Of a stretch of 18,062 nucleotides of DNA, positions 16,416 through 18,062 are shown in pieces. The notes beneath the pieces were generated by a model that saw only the letters and a program-made list of their open reading frames with translations, did no database searches and was not told the DNA's origin. Location of the stretch: positions 1 to 18,062 of the forward strand of contig JAEUQD010000162.1 of assembly GCA_016789925.1 (NCBI GenBank). The letters are read 5' to 3'. Numbering within the stretch: position 1 is the first letter of the stretch; each line of letters starts with the position of its first letter. This DNA comes from Bryobacterales bacterium. Its GTDB lineage: Bacteria > Acidobacteriota > Terriglobia > Bryobacterales > Bryobacteraceae. A program made the translations under genes and the position numbers.

Positions 16416-18062
16416 TTAGTGGATGAACAGAAATTCTTTACTGGTGAGCAGCGACCAGGCCATGTCTTCGAGAGCCTGTTTGCGGGCTTCGCGGGCAGCT
16501 TCGGCAGTGGCTGTAGGCGTGGCGCGCTGCTGGCTGAGCGCGGCGAGGATGGTCTTCTTCTCTTCCGCGGTGGGGTAACGCGAAAAGGCGCTCATCGTGA
16601 GTTGTTCGAGGATGCGCGTATCCGACAGTCCGATCTTCAGGAAAAGATTGACGTATCCATTCGGGTCGGACAGTTTCTTGTTGAGCGTGTCGCCATTAAT
16701 CACGTGGAGGGCCTGGGAAATCGAAGGATCCTGCGACCGTTCGGCGGCGTCGCAGATAATGCGCTCGGGACGGCCGAAGACCGACAGGAACTGCGACTGC
16801 ACGCGAACGTCGGGCAGTTGCAATGCTCGGGTCCCAACCGGATAGCCGCCAAACGCAGTGGACACGCCGGTCACCTGTGACATCGTATCGAGCAGCACTT
16901 CGGCCGGCATGCGCTTGACGATGTACTTCGAGTAGAACGTGTTGTCCTGCTGGTTGCTGGCGTTGGCTTCGGAAGAAAGCTGATAGGTAGACGACGTCAT
17001 GATCAGTCGGATGAGCCGTTTGATGTCGTAACCGTTCTTGATGAAGTCCTGCGTGAGCGCATCGAACAGTTCTTCGTTCGAGGCGGGGTTGGTGGCGCGC
17101 ACATCGTCGACCGGATGCGACAGGCCGCGGCCCATGATGCTGCCCCACACGCGGTTCACGATGTTCTTGGCGAAGTACTCGTTCTGCGGGCTGGTGAGCC
17201 ACTGGGCGAAGTGCTGGCGACGGTCGGAAACGGCGTCCAGTGGCATGGCCTGGCCGTCTAAAGGAGTAGGTGATCGCGGCCTGAGAAGTCGCGGATGGTT
17301 GATGTTGCCGGCGGTCTTCGCAAACACAACGGTCTCGCCGGCGGCGTCGCCGTTCTTGAGCCCCACGCGCGAGAACAGATTGGCGAACTGATAGTACTGC
17401 TTCTGGGTCCATTTCTCGAGCGGGTGGTTGTGGCAGCGGGCGCAGGTGAGACGCTGGCCGAGAAAAGCCTGGGTGACGTTTTCCGCCAGCGCGATCGTGT
17501 CCTTGTGCAGCACGAAGTAGTTGAGCGCGCCGTTCTGGCGCGAGGAGCCCGAAGCGGTAAAGATGTCGCGGGCAAACTGGTCCCAGGGCTTGTTGGACTT
17601 CACGGAATCGCGAATCCAGTTGTAGAAAGCCCACATTGAATTGGTGCGCAACTTGCGAGAAGAGACCAGTAGCAGGTCCGACCACTTGTAGGCCCAGTAG
17701 TCGGCATACTCGTCGCGGTTCAGTAGTTGGGCGATCAGCTTTTCGCGCTTATCGGGCGCGGTGTCGGCCAGGAACTGCTCCACTTCCTCGGGCGTAGGCA
17801 GAATCCCCGCGGCGTCGAGGTAGGCGCGGCGGAGGAATTCGGAGTCGGTGGCGGGGCGCGACGGGGCCAGCTTCAAGCTTTTCCACTTGGCCAGGGTCAG
17901 TTCGTCGATGAAACTGCGCGGCTGGAAGCGCGAATAATCGGCCGCGGTCACGGCGTTGTCGAACGGCACGGTGACGCGGGCGTACAGGACGCGCGATGAG
18001 TACCAGAGCGTGATGGCGGCTTCGCCGCGCCCGGTCATCTTCACCTTGCCCCAATCGTCCAC
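16416..18062 (-). CDS. DUF1549 (PSCyt2) / DUF1553 (PSD1) family protein. It is 5'-partial, and the N-terminus lies beyond the window end.
   Basis: The DUF1549 signature is present (FIDELTLAKWKSLKL...EFLRRAYLDAAGILPT..EEVEQFLAD...KREKLIAQLL...YWAYKWSDLL, then CARCHNHPLEKWTQKQYYQFANLF). The DUF1553 C-terminus ends in the characteristic AWSLLTSKEFLFIH. The frame is open to position 18062, and the stop is TAA at 16416-16418, 4 nt before the next gene start. Confidence 0.85.
   Translation of the reverse strand: MDDWGKVKMTGRGEAAITLWYSSRVLYARVTVPFDNAVTAADYSRFQPRSFIDELTLAKWKSLKLAPSRPATDSEFLRRAYLDAAGILPTPEEVEQFLADTAPDKREKLIAQLLNRDEYADYWAYKWSDLLLVSSRKLRTNSMWAFYNWIRDSVKSNKPWDQFARDIFTASGSSRQNGALNYFVLHKDTIALAENVTQAFLGQRLTCARCHNHPLEKWTQKQYYQFANLFSRVGLKNGDAAGETVVFAKTAGNINHPRLLRPRSPTPLDGQAMPLDAVSDRRQHFAQWLTSPQNEYFAKNIVNRVWGSIMGRGLSHPVDDVRATNPASNEELFDALTQDFIKNGYDIKRLIRLIMTSSTYQLSSEANASNQQDNTFYSKYIVKRMPAEVLLDTMSQVTGVSTAFGGYPVGTRALQLPDVRVQSQFLSVFGRPERIICDAAERSQDPSISQALHVINGDTLNKKLSDPNGYVNLFLKIGLSDTRILEQLTMSAFSRYPTAEEKKTILAALSQQRATPTATAEAAREARKQALEDMAWSLLTSKEFLFIH

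Noticed and set aside
16696-17685. A 329-aa minus-strand alternative-frame ORF, and plus-strand ORFs 17038..17391, 17295..17639 and 17727..17999
   Set aside because: They overlap the DUF1549/DUF1553 gene, whose frame carries the diagnostic CARCHNHP and KEFLFIH motifs. The alternative frames are Arg/Pro-rich.
1-18062. Search for tRNA, rRNA, CRISPR arrays, IS inverted repeats and integrase or transposase genes
   Set aside because: None was found. Intergenic space totals under 500 bp and no ORF translation resembles a transposase, integrase or Cas protein. The window looks like core chromosome rather than a mobile or defence island.

Overview
This 18 kb window is a high-GC (~65%), densely coding bacterial chromosomal segment with no rRNA, tRNA, CRISPR or mobile-element signatures. 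Positions 1-11.4 kb hold housekeeping genes. Reading the ORF translations, these are a pyruvate kinase N-terminus (minus strand, runs off the window), undecaprenyl-diphosphate phosphatase UppP, the FtsK DNA translocase, a small Tat-signal SAM-dependent methyltransferase, a convergent flotillin/NfeD (SPFH) pair, and a co-directional string rpmI-rplT-zapB-like-zapA-ssb-CBS-aminotransferase-oxidoreductase. Positions 11.4-18.06 kb carry a tightly packed minus-strand operon of four envelope proteins that I regard as the candidate poorly described system. It comprises a DUF1549(PSCyt2)/DUF1553(PSD1) protein (5'-partial), a signal-peptide PSCyt1 (CxxCH) + WD40 beta-propeller protein, a 786-aa secreted protein with three pre-peptidase C-terminal (PPC)-like domains and no catalytic motif, and a translationally coupled GT-C/PMT-like polytopic membrane protein. 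These PSCyt/PSD families, typical of Planctomycetes, Acidobacteria and Verrucomicrobia, have no experimentally established function. The taxonomic guess (Acidobacteria such as Solibacter-like, or a Planctomycete relative) is inference only. All domain calls come from motif recognition in the supplied translations and no database search was run.
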